Positions 10,186-23,410 of a stretch of 37,230 bases of DNA are shown one piece after another (within the stretch, counting starts at the first letter, position 1; each line of letters starts with the position of its first letter). The translations under genes were made by a program, and so were the position numbers. Origin of the DNA: Octopus bimaculoides (lineage: Eukaryota); NCBI RefSeq assembly GCF_001194135.2, contig NC_068989.1, positions 23,798,629-23,835,858 of the forward strand, given 5' to 3'. Below the pieces are notes generated by a model that saw only the letters and a list, made by a program, of their open reading frames with translations, was not told the DNA's origin and did no database searches.

Positions 10186-11004
10186 ACTGTGATATGATTA
10201 GTGGAAGTGAGAGGTGAAGCGAAAGGGAAAGAGAGAAAAGATAACAACGTGAAGAGCAGAATGACTTAGTTAAAAAATGTTTGTTGAAGTTGTAGGTAGA
10301 GAGAGGAAGAGAGGGAAAGATATATATGTGTTTATCAGAGGGAAATTTTAAACAGCATATATTATTGTGAGTAACAAGAAAATTACATTTTAACGTTCAA
10401 TTCCCATATTTACTTACCTTTACTGTACTCATATCTATGATTATGTGCCATAAACATCTTTAATAAAAAAGGTTTCTTGTCTCACCATTAATAGCTTACT
10501 CTGACCTAATACTACTATGGTTGTAACATTGAGTATTATAAAAGCCCCGAACTATCTTAGCTCATATATTATAACGAATGCTATAGTTTACTCTTATAGT
10601 ATTAATTTTGACTCAAACATTGGGAGATTTTCGCTTTAACTGCATCATCCCTTTCTAACCCTTGAATATACAGCTCTTTGCAGTAATTTGTTCTATTAAA
10701 TCACTTATCTTCGGAGAGTAAATATAAAATATTAAATATACAAATTTCGTTATTTGGGTTGTTCCGATTTCGTTATTTCCATATCTTATTACTTTTTTTC
10801 TTTTACTTGTAATTAGTTTAGAAAGACCAGTGTTTACCATTCTTCTTCTATCGTTCTCTCTATCAATCCTTTTTATAAGCTTTATATTCTTTTCTGTCTC
10901 CATCTCTTCCCTCTACCGTTATAATGTATTTATTCTCTTTTTAGCCTTCAGTGGGACTTTAGGTGATCAGACATATCCGGTTTGTGGTTGATGTGAAAAA
11001 GACG

Positions 11005-11600
11005 ATGAACCGATCGATATAGTGGACTTTTACACTTCTATATCAAAGAAGTCCTCTTTAAATCACTGAATTTTGCTAGGTCCTAAACTGAAGTTAGTGA
11101 CGAGGATATACGCATTATCATGAACGGCAGAACCCTACGTTCAGCAAGGGGTCAGCCTGAGCCAAACGAACTGACAGTGCTGACATGTGTGGCCTCGTTG
11201 GTTCCTTCGTCCTAGATTTACTTGTAAAGAAGTTCCTTTTCGCTAGCTTTGGCACTTACAAGGACGGCGCTCTGGCAATATCGAGAGAGGCAAGTGGCCA
11301 TACACTAGATAAGCTTAGAAAGGATCTCACCGGCACCATGAATTCCCTTAAACTTAAGGTCACGATAGAAACCAATTTGAAAACGGTGAATTTCTTTAAT
11401 GTGACCTTGGGCTTGGGGTCCGGTGCCTATAGACCCTTTAGGAAGGCAAATGAGAAGTTATCATATATTAACACAGATTCCTATCATCCTGTCATAGTAT
11501 CCTGGTAAAGGGTGTCAGCAGAAGAATCTCCAACCTAAGTTTAAGTAAAGTGACTTTTGACGCCGTCGCCCCGTACTATAGTGAGGCTCTGGCCTCATCA
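11005..11600 (+). mobile_element. Penelope-like element (Neptune/Naiad-type) RT fragment, decayed
   Basis: DIVDFYTSI; CGLVGSFVL; YKDGAL (decayed YRDDGL); LDKLRKDL...LKVTIETNLKTVNFFNVTL...YRPFRKANEKLSYINTDSYHP. Confidence 0.8.
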
Positions 11601-12319
11601 AAACAACCTATACTTTTGCCTGTACATAAATGACTGTTCTCACAGACATATACGTATAAGAAATCTATACCTACATATACTGCGTCCACTAAAAGGATCT
11701 AAAGAGAAAATTGTTTACCGAAAACTAGAAGCCTCAACGACTCTTAAATTACCGAAATGTCGTTAAGTTCAAATATTGTCATTTCAAGTATATGGAATAT
11801 CTGTCAAAAAGATATTGAATTCATTTCGCTGAATACACATTCCTCATTATACCTACTCATTTACTAACTCTTTATACGACTTAAATCAATTTGTGACATT
11901 TCATTTTTATATCGAAAACAGAAATACTAGTAAATATCACAACACGTAACTAGAGTAGCAAATTAGCTGCTTCCCAAGAAGTCGAACACTTAAAAATATT
12001 AAGCCACTTACATTTATTTCTACCATGGAAATAGTAGTTCGTTTCTTTCTTTCTTTCTTTCTTTCTTTTGTTCTCGGTTCACTGCAGTTACATCTTTTCG
12101 CTTTGTTGAAAATCAATGTCTCATTTTGACTTCTCCAAAATTCTCGGTTGACCGAATTACTATATATAATTACGGCTGTGAACAGATCCGTAAGCCTGAA
12201 GCAATTTTAATGGATTTAATGTCTTCAAATTTAGATTGCGTCCTTTCACATATTTTTAACCATATAGGTACACACGCACATGGACATATATAAATACAAA
12301 TGCATACATATGTATCTAT

Positions 12320-12320
12320 T

Positions 12321-12367
<47 letters not shown>

Positions 12368-12481
12368 CACACATATATACACATATTATATTAACACGTA
12401 TGTATATATGTATGTATATATATATATATATTTATATATGTGTATATATGTATACACACACAAACACACACACCCACACAC

Positions 12482-12515
<34 letters not shown>

Positions 12516-12530
12516 ATAGATATGTGTATA
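12320..12530. repeat. (TA)n/(CA)n/(TG)n compound microsatellite
   Basis: Direct reading. Confidence 0.95.
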
Positions 12531-13612
12531 ACAAATATAACTACAAAATGAATAATAATTGAAAATATTTTAAACCTGTGACAAACAAATTGGTTCCTCT
12601 AGAAGGATATAAAACTTTTCTTTACCGGCCGCCAAACAGAATGGTACGAAAAGCATTCTAGTAAATTCAAGAGAGTGTCTACTCTTATTCATTTTTTAAT
12701 TTCAAGCCAATTATCCAAATTCCAGACAAATAGCCATTTACGTTTTGCTTATCTGTATGCAGTGATATATATTTGGAAGTTCCTCGAAGTGCTTACTTCT
12801 AACTTTGACATTGAAATCTACAAAAGTCTCCAAATACGACACCATTGCTGAGTGCCAAATCTCCCGCCTTTACAACCCAGAGGTAGGATCTCATACCGTA
12901 GTAATTTAGCTTTCGAAGGTCAAAAGTTTTCTGACATTCTATCAAAATGCTCGTGAGATCTTTTTAAAGTGCTAACTTGACATTTGAGATTCCAAATGAA
13001 CCCAACTCACGGCGAGGAGCGCAATTGCGGACAATAACATCGAGGTCAAATATTCACCAAAGTGAAAATATAGAAGAGGCGGTAGTAAAATTGTAACTAC
13101 ATGAATGGTGGAGCCTAGAATGCTCATAGATTTCCGGATTAAATATAGTAGTAAAAGCGTATATAAATTGCCGTACATACATATCTAAATTCCTTATCGT
13201 ACACAGGTAGCTTCCCTTATAAACTAGATTCCAGTCTACTTTGGATGAGTTTTTACCATCTATCATTTCACTTTTTAAGACCCTGTTAAAACGTGTACTG
13301 ACAGATAAACAAAAATCAAAACAAGTATATATAAATTCCAGACAGTGTGTGGGCTATATAATAGCTTTTTATATTAGGAGTATAGCCTTAGGAGGTTGGT
13401 CTCGTATCTCTCGAGGGTGACATTATTTTATTGACACAATTATTTAAACCTATATATACGTGTGTATATATNNNNNNNNNNNNNNNNNNNNNNNNNNNNN
13501 NNNNNNNNNNNNNNNNNNNNNNNNNNNNNNNNNNNNNNNNNNNNNNNNNNNNNNNNNNNNNNNNNNNNNNNNNNNNNNNNNNNNNNNNNNNNNNNNNNNN
13601 NNNNNNNNNNNN

Positions 13613-13662
<50 letters not shown>

Positions 13663-14077
13663 CATGCATGTATGTATGTATGTATTTACTATCAATAAAG
13701 AGATTGACAGCAATTGATCAAAGCAGTCAAAGCAAGAATATCAGAACGATCAGGTGGAATCATAATCCAATATGTAGATTTATTCAAGAAGCTTTACATA
13801 TATAAATCTGTTTTACAAGCCGAAACTGCTGCTTATCAAAGAAAAATAAATTTTATGTTATTTTGTATAAAGAGTACTGAAAAATGTGTTACTTTGTCGT
13901 TCACGTTAATTGGTTATCCGAAAATTGTTTCACATTCAAATATAAATTTCGAATAGGAATAAACTGATTCCTGAAATTCTACCTATAACGCAGAACATGA
14001 TCTATTTGCATATACATTATTGTACATTAATATTCATGTACATATAACCCATAGATGAATACCTATATATACATACA

Positions 14078-14108
<31 letters not shown>

Positions 14109-14251
14109 NNNNNNNNNNNNNNNNNNNNNNNNNNNNNNNNNNNNNNNNNNNNNNNNNNNNNNNNNNNNNNNNNNNNNNNNNNNNNNNNNNNNNNNNNNNN
14201 NNNNNNNNNNNNNNNNNNNNNNNNNNNNNNNNNNNNNNNNNNNNNNNNNNN

Positions 14252-14285
<34 letters not shown>

Positions 14286-14330
14286 AAGAGAGCAATGGTA
14301 AGGTTGGAAAAATATATTTTATGGATAGAG

Positions 14331-14377
14331 TCTTACAGCTGTTTCTGGGAAGATCCAGTACTTCCCTTCATCGGAGA
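14331..14377 (-). ncRNA. Minimal hammerhead, CCGAUGA (U4C) variant; same family as 5226-5273
   Basis: Minus strand reads TCT-CCGATGA-A-GGGAAG-TACTGGAT-CTTCCC-A-GAAA-C-AGCT-GTA-AGA. Confidence 0.7.
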
Positions 14378-14653
14378 GAGAAATAGTAAAGGAATCGATT
14401 ATTATATCCATAAGCGGAGAGTTTTAGTATGAAGTGATAGTGAGCGTGATGTGCTGAAAAAAGAAAGAGAGAACAGTACTTGGAGTGTAGTTTCATTCCA
14501 GTAGTAAGTATCCGTGTAAAGTAATCCTTGTGTATATATATATATATATACTTACGAGGGGTTGCCATCGGCACGTAACATCCGACGGGTAGCCTTCAGC
14601 CTTTTCTCTATCCAAAGGGTTTTGACCCCATATTTACACGCTTTCGTTTATAG

Positions 14654-15086
14654 CAGTGGTTCTCAACCGGGGTCCATATGATCGCTAGGGTCCATATATA
14701 ATCTTGTTAAAGCTGATGAGCAATGAATAAATTATGCTTCTTTAATACACAAAGTATATGAACAATTTTTAATACAATTTCTAAAATATATCTAATTATA
14801 AAAATGTTGTGTCGACGCCCCCAAGCGAAGAAGTAGGATCGCCCAAAACATAAAATAAAGGTAGTCTGCCCGTGATAGAGGAGTTGAGTAGCTGACGAGG
14901 AGCAGTCGAATAGCTGTTGAGTAGAGATCATCCGAAGGTGCTAGATAGCAGTAGCTTGAGACATAACAAAAAATATAATAGGATTTTGTTAACATGGTGG
15001 GGAAGTAATAGAGTAAAGCTGGAATTAAGTGGTGATGGTGGAGGGAGGGGCGGCTTCCAAAGGCAAAATGGTGTTGAGAACCACTG
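14654..15086. mobile_element. hAT (Buster/Charlie-type) MITE
   Basis: Perfect 14-bp TIRs CAGTGGTTCTCAAC / GTTGAGAACCACTG; 8-bp flanks gtttatag and gtctgtag (6/8; the left flank fits nnnTAnnn). Confidence 0.85.
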
Positions 15087-15749
15087 GTCTGTAGCCTTAT
15101 GCGCTACGATATTCATTGTTCCAAAAAAGAATTATTTTACGCCCATGAAAGTTTCTAAATCAAAGAGGAAGAAGATAGCTACGGACAACTGTTTTGAAAC
15201 TTCCCGCTTCTATGCTCAGATAATAAATTCATATGGTATACTCGGTTTTGTGAGTGACAATTCGGAAAAGCTAAGTTTTTCAGAAACAGAAATCAATCAG
15301 TGAACACGCACATTACAACAACGATCTGTAAGTTGAACAATAAAAGTATGTAAAACTTTTCTCAAGATCAACCTGAGACATTTAATTACTTTTGTTATTT
15401 TGATTCCGATGATAGAGCTTTGCATCTTTGTTAGAAAACAGATACTTCCTAGAGGAAGACTTTAAATGATTAAAAATTGAAGAGAACATGCGTATAGACT
15501 CACACATGCACACGCACACTCACACACACGTACACTCACACATACATACACGTACACATAATTGTAGAAAGATAGACAAAGGATAATAAGTATAAGGAAG
15601 GTATCTATATAGAATGTTGTGAATACAATTTACATAATGTGATCAAGTTTCATCTTACCGGCTGTTTCTAATGATCGATGATTGGTTGATAGAACAGTGC
15701 ATATAATATACAAGCATGTGGAATACCCACTAGCAATTTTTTTCTGTTC

Positions 15750-15912
15750 ACCTTGAAAAGGAATTTTTGTCCATTCTTCGGCTAAAACAATCTTGTTCTC
15801 GTAGTGGTGATGGAGGATATCGACCCCTTGTTTTTCTAAAATGCACCCTAAATGTTCAATAATATTGAGATCTGGGGACTGTGGTAACCAGATAAGATGT
15901 TCACTATAACTT
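15750..15912 (-). mobile_element. Tc1-like transposase C-terminal fragment (same family as 36056-37085)
   Basis: EHLIWLPQSPDLNIIEHL...LAEEWTKIPF. Confidence 0.8.
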
Positions 15913-16236
15913 CTCTTCTTATTTTTTTATTATCAACCCACTATATATTTATAAACACTCTCTTCTGCCATCATTCTCCCCTCATGTTCTGACTCTGTTG
16001 CACGGAGCTATGAAAATCTGTGCTAGATGATTACATCATGTACATTGCAGACGCAACTTTTTATGCATATAAACAATACTTACTACCCCCGTCTGTGTTT
16101 GTCTATTTTCATACTCGTCTATTTTCATACTCGCTCGACGAAATTCGTTTTTCTAAACAACGACCACCAAGCCGTACGAGACCACCACAGCAGTTGTACG
16201 GACTAAATTCAACAATACTATGATGATGCTTCAACT

Positions 16237-16246
16237 ACTACTACTA

Positions 16247-16284
<38 letters not shown>

Positions 16285-16330
16285 ACTACTACTACTACTA
16301 CTACTTCCATCACCACCACCACCACTACCA
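16237..16330. repeat. (CTA)n/(CTG)n/(CCA)n trinucleotide tract
   Basis: Direct reading. Confidence 0.95.
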
Positions 16331-16532
16331 CATGCGCATAAGCAAACAAGAAGACAGACTCAACAACTATTGAGAAGGTTGTAAGAAGCAACGAAAATTC
16401 TGGACGAAAAGAATATAAATAAATTGAGTGGAAATCGAACCGGTGAGTGTGTTAGTTAATAAGGCGTAAAGACAAAATGACTCTCCCCAGACAGAACAAT
16501 ATGTCTTATTTAGAATTGCATCCAAAACTCAA

Positions 16533-16563
16533 AATTTGGAAAGCGATTGCGAAACCGGTTATT
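16533..16563 (+). ncRNA. Degenerate minimal hammerhead (U3-A8 family, A6G)
   Basis: AAT-TTGGAAA-GC-GATT-GC-GAAA-C-CG-GTT-ATT; parallels the motif at 27816-27850. Confidence 0.4.
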
Positions 16564-16695
16564 ACGTTGGAAGAAAAAAAATCTTATTTTGTACAATATT
16601 GTATAATACTTTTGCTATTATGATTCTAATATATTCTTTAGTCTTGTAAAGCAAATTTTCTGTGTTTTTTCATCTTATTTCTTTCTGTATATATA

Positions 16696-16889
16696 TTGGG
16701 TTGGCAACTAAGTACCCGCCGTTTCTTTTTTTAAATTTTGGACACCTCCTTTTTGCTTTTAATCAAGTTTCTAAGGCCGCAAAAGCTGCTCGCGACATTT
16801 GTGCTGTGTATGGAGAGGGTGCCATAGCTGAAAGAACCGCTCGTGATTGGTATGCCAAGTTCAAAAATGGAAATTTTGACCTCAAAGAC
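16696..16889 (+). mobile_element. mariner element 5' end (TIR plus N-terminal HTH)
   Basis: TA|TTGGGTTGGCAACTAAGT TIR; HLLFAFNQVSKAAKAARDICAVYGEGAIAERTARDWYAKFKNGNFDLKD. Confidence 0.88.
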
Positions 16890-17367
16890 TCCTGGCGAAC
16901 AGTTTTATGAAACTGGGTTCTCGAGATAGTCATTAAGCTCTGCAGTAATTTTAGGAGCTGTCCTTTTGTGATCCTTTCTAACAATTCGCATAAGATTCCG
17001 ACGGTCCCTATCTGAAAGTTTTAGTTTTCTTCCGGAATTTTGTTTCGATGAGGAGGTTTTTCCCTCTTTCTCAAAGGCTGTTATTACTTTCGAGACAGTA
17101 CTTCTTGATACACCAAACATTTCGGCTGTTTTCGTTACGCTAGCACCAACAATTTGAGATCTTTGAAAGTCCGATAGATCTGTCGTTTTAATGAATTTTA
17201 ATTACCTTTTTTTGATGATATCTGAAACGAAACAGCAAAAACACACTAAGTAGCACTAATAATAAATCAAAAAACATAAAAATGAAAAAGCTTCTGACGG
17301 TTTTATAGATATTTCAAAATTATGATGCTATGATGCTAGGTGTTTCCATTATTTTGTCCTACCCTTA
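16890..17367 (-). mobile_element. Tc1-like element 5' part (TIR plus paired-like HTH)
   Basis: MFGVSRSTVSKVITAFEKEGKTSSSKQNSGRKLKLSDRDRR; the TIR ggtgtttccattattttgtcc also occurs at about 37059-37080. Confidence 0.88.
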
Positions 17368-17641
17368 CATACATACATATAGAATATGCAAGGCGTTTCC
17401 ATCAGCTGACCTCTTGTAATAGGTATGTACTATGAATGCTCAGTTTGGTTTACCACTATAACTCAGGCTTGAACTGAAACTGAAAGTGTGATGACGAGAG
17501 TGCGTATCAGAGGCGACTAAAAGTGGTCCCTCCTTGAGAGAGTAGATATAGATTAAAGTAAAAAAATGAAAAGCAAAACATTTGGCATCACTAGAAAAAG
17601 ACATTTAATTCAGAGAATATAAACACATAGAATCTCTTACA

Positions 17642-17756
17642 GCTGTTTCTAGAATATTCCTGCATGTGACTTCTCCCTCTCTATCGATTGATTCTTCGAT
17701 TTGTGGAATCCTTACTCAATAACATCATCCGCATGCGTGGCTATTCTAGAAACAGC
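17642..17756. repeat. 15-bp perfect inverted repeat built from hammerhead 3' halves
   Basis: gctgtttctagaata (17642-17656) and tattctagaaacagc (17742-17756). Confidence 0.8.
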
Positions 17757-17842
17757 AGTGTCAGATTCTATCTGTTTATATTCGCCATCTGCATTAAATG
17801 TCTTTTTCGAGTGATGCCAAATGTTTTGCTTTTTCATTTCTG

Positions 17843-17894
<52 letters not shown>
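17843..17894. repeat. (TCTA)n microsatellite
   Basis: Direct reading. Confidence 0.95.
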
Positions 17895-17895
<1 letters not shown>

Positions 17896-18854
17896 AAAGT
17901 AAAGGGTAAGGCGAGAGGAATGTGTGATAAAAATGTATGTAAATACATACATTATATATATATATATNNNNNNNNNNNNNNNNNNNNNNNNNNNNNNNNN
18001 NNNNNNNNNNNNNNNNNNNNNNNNNNNNNNNNNNNNNNNNNNNNNNTATACATACATACATACATGCATACATACATGCATACATACATACATACATACA
18101 CACATATACAGGGTGCGATGGGTAAATTGTCGCCATTTGATGCTTTTAATTTCACCCATGCGCATTGTTCCTTTTTGAATAAATTTATTGAATAAATTTA
18201 TTCTTTAGTATTTCAAGATTTTTTTTTATGTAAGTTTGGTAAATATATCTGTTAAAATGAGATGTCAGTAATATCTTCATTTTTGCGTAATTTAGACAAC
18301 AGTTTATTCACCGCATCCCCCCTTGCTCTCTCTCTATACACACACACACACACACAGACTCCACACATACAAGCACACACACACACGCACTCATACAACG
18401 CTATACAATGCCATGGGTTGTTGGAAACGTGTGGTTTAGGAGTGTTCAGGTGTATGGACAGATGACATTGTTTAGATGGAAATCTACAGAAAGCTAATGT
18501 GCTTTGGTAATGTAAATATGGTCGTTGTTTTTCATAGTATCTCTTCCATCTCCAATTTGCATTCGAAATCCAATTGATGTAAGTCAGATTACCTTGAAGG
18601 GACGGTTCCCTATCCACCTTATACTACCGAGATGGAAACGGTCAGACAGTAGAAAATGAGGTAAAACATATCGTGTAGAGATACTTGACAAGTTGGATGT
18701 ATAAGGAATTCCCATGAATGCTTGTTTACCGCACCGACTCACGTTTTATTCGTTTATAGGCTAAAAGGAATAAAGTGTTTCCCTCTCTTTCTTTTCAGAA
18801 AAATAACGTTGTACTCAAGTCATGCTAATCAGCGTCCCTACGCTATACTATTAA

Positions 18855-19777
18855 CCCTGCATTAGTCACCTCGAATTTCCGAAAATGGATAGACCCTTGG
18901 GGTGTTTACACACTCCAATGCAAAAATACTTATAGTGTTATAATTATATAAAATATTGTCATATTGCTGAGAAAAATAACATAACAGGCAATCTCTTACG
19001 ATATAAATGAAAAAAAAAAAAAGCTTTAACTGAAGATGTACGTAATTATTAATTGAAATGAAAATTAAAATAAATTTGTTGCATAAACATATGTTGCAAA
19101 TTGTAGATGAAACGCCCCATTACAATTGTAGAGAAAAGTTTCAGTCTACTGGCAGGATCAACCAGGTATCGCCCGTTCGATCATCGTTCGGTGATGCCGG
19201 GCAGCGAGCGGGGAAACGCGGTCGCGAGCGCGGAACGCCGCGACGCCGCCCGCCGTCGCCGCGCAAGAGAGCGGGAAGAAGCCACAATATATTTCTATGA
19301 ATTGAAATGTAAAGAAAAATCAATGTGAGCTCATTACGAGGGTTTGCTCAAAAGTTCTGGTTTTAAGGGTATTGCAAAAGTCTTGGTTGGAGGTCCAACC
19401 TTCCAAATTCTTTTACAGGGCTTAGAAAAACTTAAGGACCGTTGCAATAAGTGTGCGAATTTGAGAGGGAAATATGTTGAATAACATCATAATTAACTGA
19501 TCCTTCTCTATTTTGTTTCACCGAAACCCAGGAACTTTTTAGTGATCCCTCGTATATAGCCATTACCGTTCACTCTAATTCCCTACTGGCTGATGTCAAA
19601 GTGAAGCCTGCCTTCCGCAACAACTGAGCTACAACAGTACCACACCGCGTGATATGCACCCTCACTGAGTCAGGAGAGTAGTGAGAGACAGAGCAAAAGA
19701 AACAAGTTGCCAACTAGGAATTACGAGTATCTAAAAAAATTAGGGGTGACAAGACACCTCATGTGAGTAACGCAGGG
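18855..19777. mobile_element. Non-autonomous piggyBac-like element, TTAA-flanked, with nested mariner MITE
   Basis: TTAA|CCCTGCATTAGTCAC ... GTGAGTAACGCAGGG|TTAA; subterminal inverted similarity (gtcacctcgaattt vs aaattaggggtgac). Confidence 0.75.
19337..19552 (+). mobile_element. mariner-derived MITE
   Basis: TA|CGAGGG...CAAAAGTTC and GAACTTTTTAGTGATCCCTCG|TA; internal LEKLKDRCNKCANLRGKYVE* is a mariner C-terminus. Confidence 0.85.
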
Positions 19778-20327
19778 TTAATATACAAAATTACTACGCA
19801 TTTTCGACTAAAGTACTCAATAATCCTGAAGGTGCACACCAGCTAAGTTCAGTCATTGTTAACTGATAGAAGGGAAGACGTGAAAAACACCAATCGATTA
19901 AAATCCGATGTTCTGATAAATCATAAGTGTCAAACTAAACCTAGATCTCCAAAGAATCATGAACAGTAAAGGTGTGACACAAAGAAAGCCGCGTAGTCTT
20001 GAAATACAATGTCAACAAACGTGAAAAAACTGATAATACACATACAAACAGTGCAATAAATCTTGTCAATGGAAACTGTCGAAGTAGCAGTAGCAGTAAA
20101 TGAACAACATCTGATTCTCAAACGATGTTAAATCGACTACAGATATTACCAGTTCGACTGTGACTACTTATACAGTTACAACCGTCATTTGTTGTATCAT
20201 AAACTACAGTGGGAGTTGCAAAAATAGTATCACCATGTTCCACTACGAATTAATTTTATTCGGTAACCCTCAGTCCCGTCTTTTTATATTGCCCTTAATG
20301 TTTCAGCTCCTTGTAGCCAATAAAAGA

Positions 20328-20495
20328 AATCATCGTCGTCGTCATCATCACAGCGAAGACGATGACGACTGTCAACAATACCACCGCCGCCGCCACCGCT
20401 GCTACCACCGATACCACCACCACCACTATCGCCGCCGCCACCACCACCGCCGCCGCTACCACCGCCACCGCCGCCGCCACCACCACCACCACCAC
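20328..20495. repeat. (CAT)/(CCG)/(CCA) trinucleotide mosaic
   Basis: Direct reading. Confidence 0.9.
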
Positions 20496-20544
20496 AAATA
20501 TACGAAGACAACAAATATACGAAGCTCAATATACCCATCATGAC

Positions 20545-21085
<541 letters not shown>

Positions 21086-22013
21086 TAGTTTTATTTTTAT
21101 AACGTGCTTTCANNNNNNNNNNNNNNNNNNNNNNNNNNNNNNNNNNNNNNNNNNNNNNNNNNNNNNNNNNNNNNNNNNNNNNNNNNNNNNNNNNNNNNNN
21201 NNNNNNNNNNNNNNNNNNNNNNNNNNNNNNNNNNNNNNNNNNNNNNNNNNNNNNNNNNNNNNNNNNNNNNNNNNNNNNNNNNNNNNNNNNNNNNNNNNNN
21301 NNNNNNNNNNNNNNNNNNNNNNNNNNNNNNNNNNNNNNNNNNNNNNNNNNNNNNNNNNNNNNNNNNNNNNNNNNNNNNNNNNNNNNNNNNNNNNNNNNNN
21401 NNNNNNNNNNNNNNNNNNNNNNNNNNNNNNNNNNNNNNNNNNNNNNNNNNNNNNNNNNNNNNNNNNNNNNNNNNNNNNNNNNNNNNNNNNNNNNNNNNNN
21501 NNNNNNNNNNNNNNNNNNNNNNNNNNNNNNNNNNNNNNNNNNNNNNNNNNNNNNNNNNNNNNNNNNNNNNNNNNNNNNNNNNNNNNNNNNNNNNNNNNNN
21601 NNNNNNNNNNNNNNNNNNNNNNNNNNNNNNNNNNNNNNNNNNNNNNNNNNNNNNNNNNNNNNNNNNNNNNNNNNNNNNNNNNNNNNNNNNNNNNNNNNNN
21701 NNNNNNNNNNNNNNNNNNNNNNNNNNNNNNNNNNNNNNNNNNNNNNNNNNNNNNNNNNNNNGGGGCTTTTCTTGCCATCGTTTTATCATGGTCCGTTGCT
21801 GTTCTAGTTTTAGTTTGGATTTCATTTGTTTTATAGCTTTTGTTGTTTCTTCTTCTTCTTCTTCGTATTTGTTAGGTAGATTGATTTCTTGTTTGTATTT
21901 GTCAGCTTCCTTAAATACTGAAAACAGTTTTTTGTTTTGCTCGTGTTTTGTGGCTATTTGTATTAGTTTCCCTTGCTTCTGGAGTAGGTATTTTTGCAGT
22001 CCTATGGTGGTTA

Positions 22014-22052
<39 letters not shown>

Positions 22053-22132
22053 CATCATTATTTTGGTTTGACTCATATTCGGTCTTATTCCTGGTAGGGT
22101 TTATGTGGGTAGCGGGTTACTATCTGTAAACT

Positions 22133-22582
22133 TAGGTATCCACAAGTTTTCAACTGTTTTCCAAGTGCATAGAACCCTCCTGACAATCCTTGTTGTCGCT
22201 AAGGGACAAACTTTCTGAATAAGCTTTACAGGGCATTATATTCCAGTCTTTTTCAGCCATTTGACTATATCTTTGCTTACAGTTACCAATGCACCAATTA
22301 TTATTTACAGTTCTCATACTCCAAATTCTTCTTATTTCAAATTTTAAGAGATCGTATTTTTCTTGTTTGTTTTTCGTCCTCCTTCTTTTCAATTCTGGAT
22401 TCAAACGGGCATGATGGGTCGATTAGTAAGCAACTTCGCTTTTCCTCATCTGTAATTGTTATGTCCAGTCTACTAATTTGTAACTTGTTTGATTAGGGAA
22501 GTTTCACAAAATCTTACATTTCTCCAACTCCAGTACGCTTTCGACTCGATGATTGTACCATGTTTCCAGCTTCAAATTCCCT
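22133..22582 (-). mobile_element. R4/Dong-like LINE 3' end (restriction-enzyme-like endonuclease)
   Basis: LDITITDEEKRSCLLIDPSCPFESRIEKKE..., KYDLLKFEIRRIWSMRTV and IGALVTVSKDIVKWL, the PD-(D/E)xK REL signature region; frameshifted. Confidence 0.85.
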
Positions 22583-22820
<238 letters not shown>

Positions 22821-22964
22821 ATGGTCCTTACGTTCTGAGTTAGAATTCCGCCAAGGTCGACTTCGGGGTCGATAAATTAAGTACCAGTGAAACACTGGAG
22901 TCGATGTAATTAACTATAGAATTTCAGGCCCTACAATTTCAGGCCTTGCACCTTTAGTAGAAAG
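22821..22964 (+). mobile_element. tRNA-derived SINE fragment (Meta-domain-like core), (TTA)n tail
   Basis: Box-B-like gagttagaattcc, core ccaaggtcgac...ttcggggtcgataaattaagtaccagt; (TTA)n at 22966-23072. Confidence 0.7.
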
Positions 22965-22987
22965 AATTATTATTATTATTATTATTA

Positions 22988-23073
<86 letters not shown>

Positions 23074-23208
23074 TCATATACGCACAGCAGATGAAAAGAA
23101 AAATTCTAAACATCGGCTTATAACAAGTGACCCTAGATGTCAAGAACCATCCTAAGTATCCTAGATGTCCCAAATAATAATACTGTTTTCTGGAACTACA
23201 CTAATCTA

Positions 23209-23390
23209 GGTTTTATGCTTAGCGGCATTTCGTCTGTATTTATGTTCTGAGTTCAAATTCCGCCGAGGTCGATTTTATCTTTCATTCTTTCGGGGTCGAT
23301 AAAATAAGTACCAGTTGAGCACTGGAGTCGATGTACTCGAACTTTCTCCTTACACCGAAATTTCTGGGAGTGCACCAAAATTTAAAACCA
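23209..23390 (+). mobile_element. tRNA-derived SINE, same family as 22821-22964
   Basis: gagttcaaattccgccgaggtcga...tttcattctttcggggtcgataaaataagtaccagt. Confidence 0.75.
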
Positions 23391-23410
23391 TTATTGTTGT
23401 TGTTGTTGAT

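Noticed and set aside
15150-15270. KKIATDNCFETS as a piggyBac TDN.F motif
   Set aside because: A single weak motif with no other support.
15655-15670. Minus-strand GAAACAGCCGGTAAGA
   Set aside because: No upstream core or stem II.
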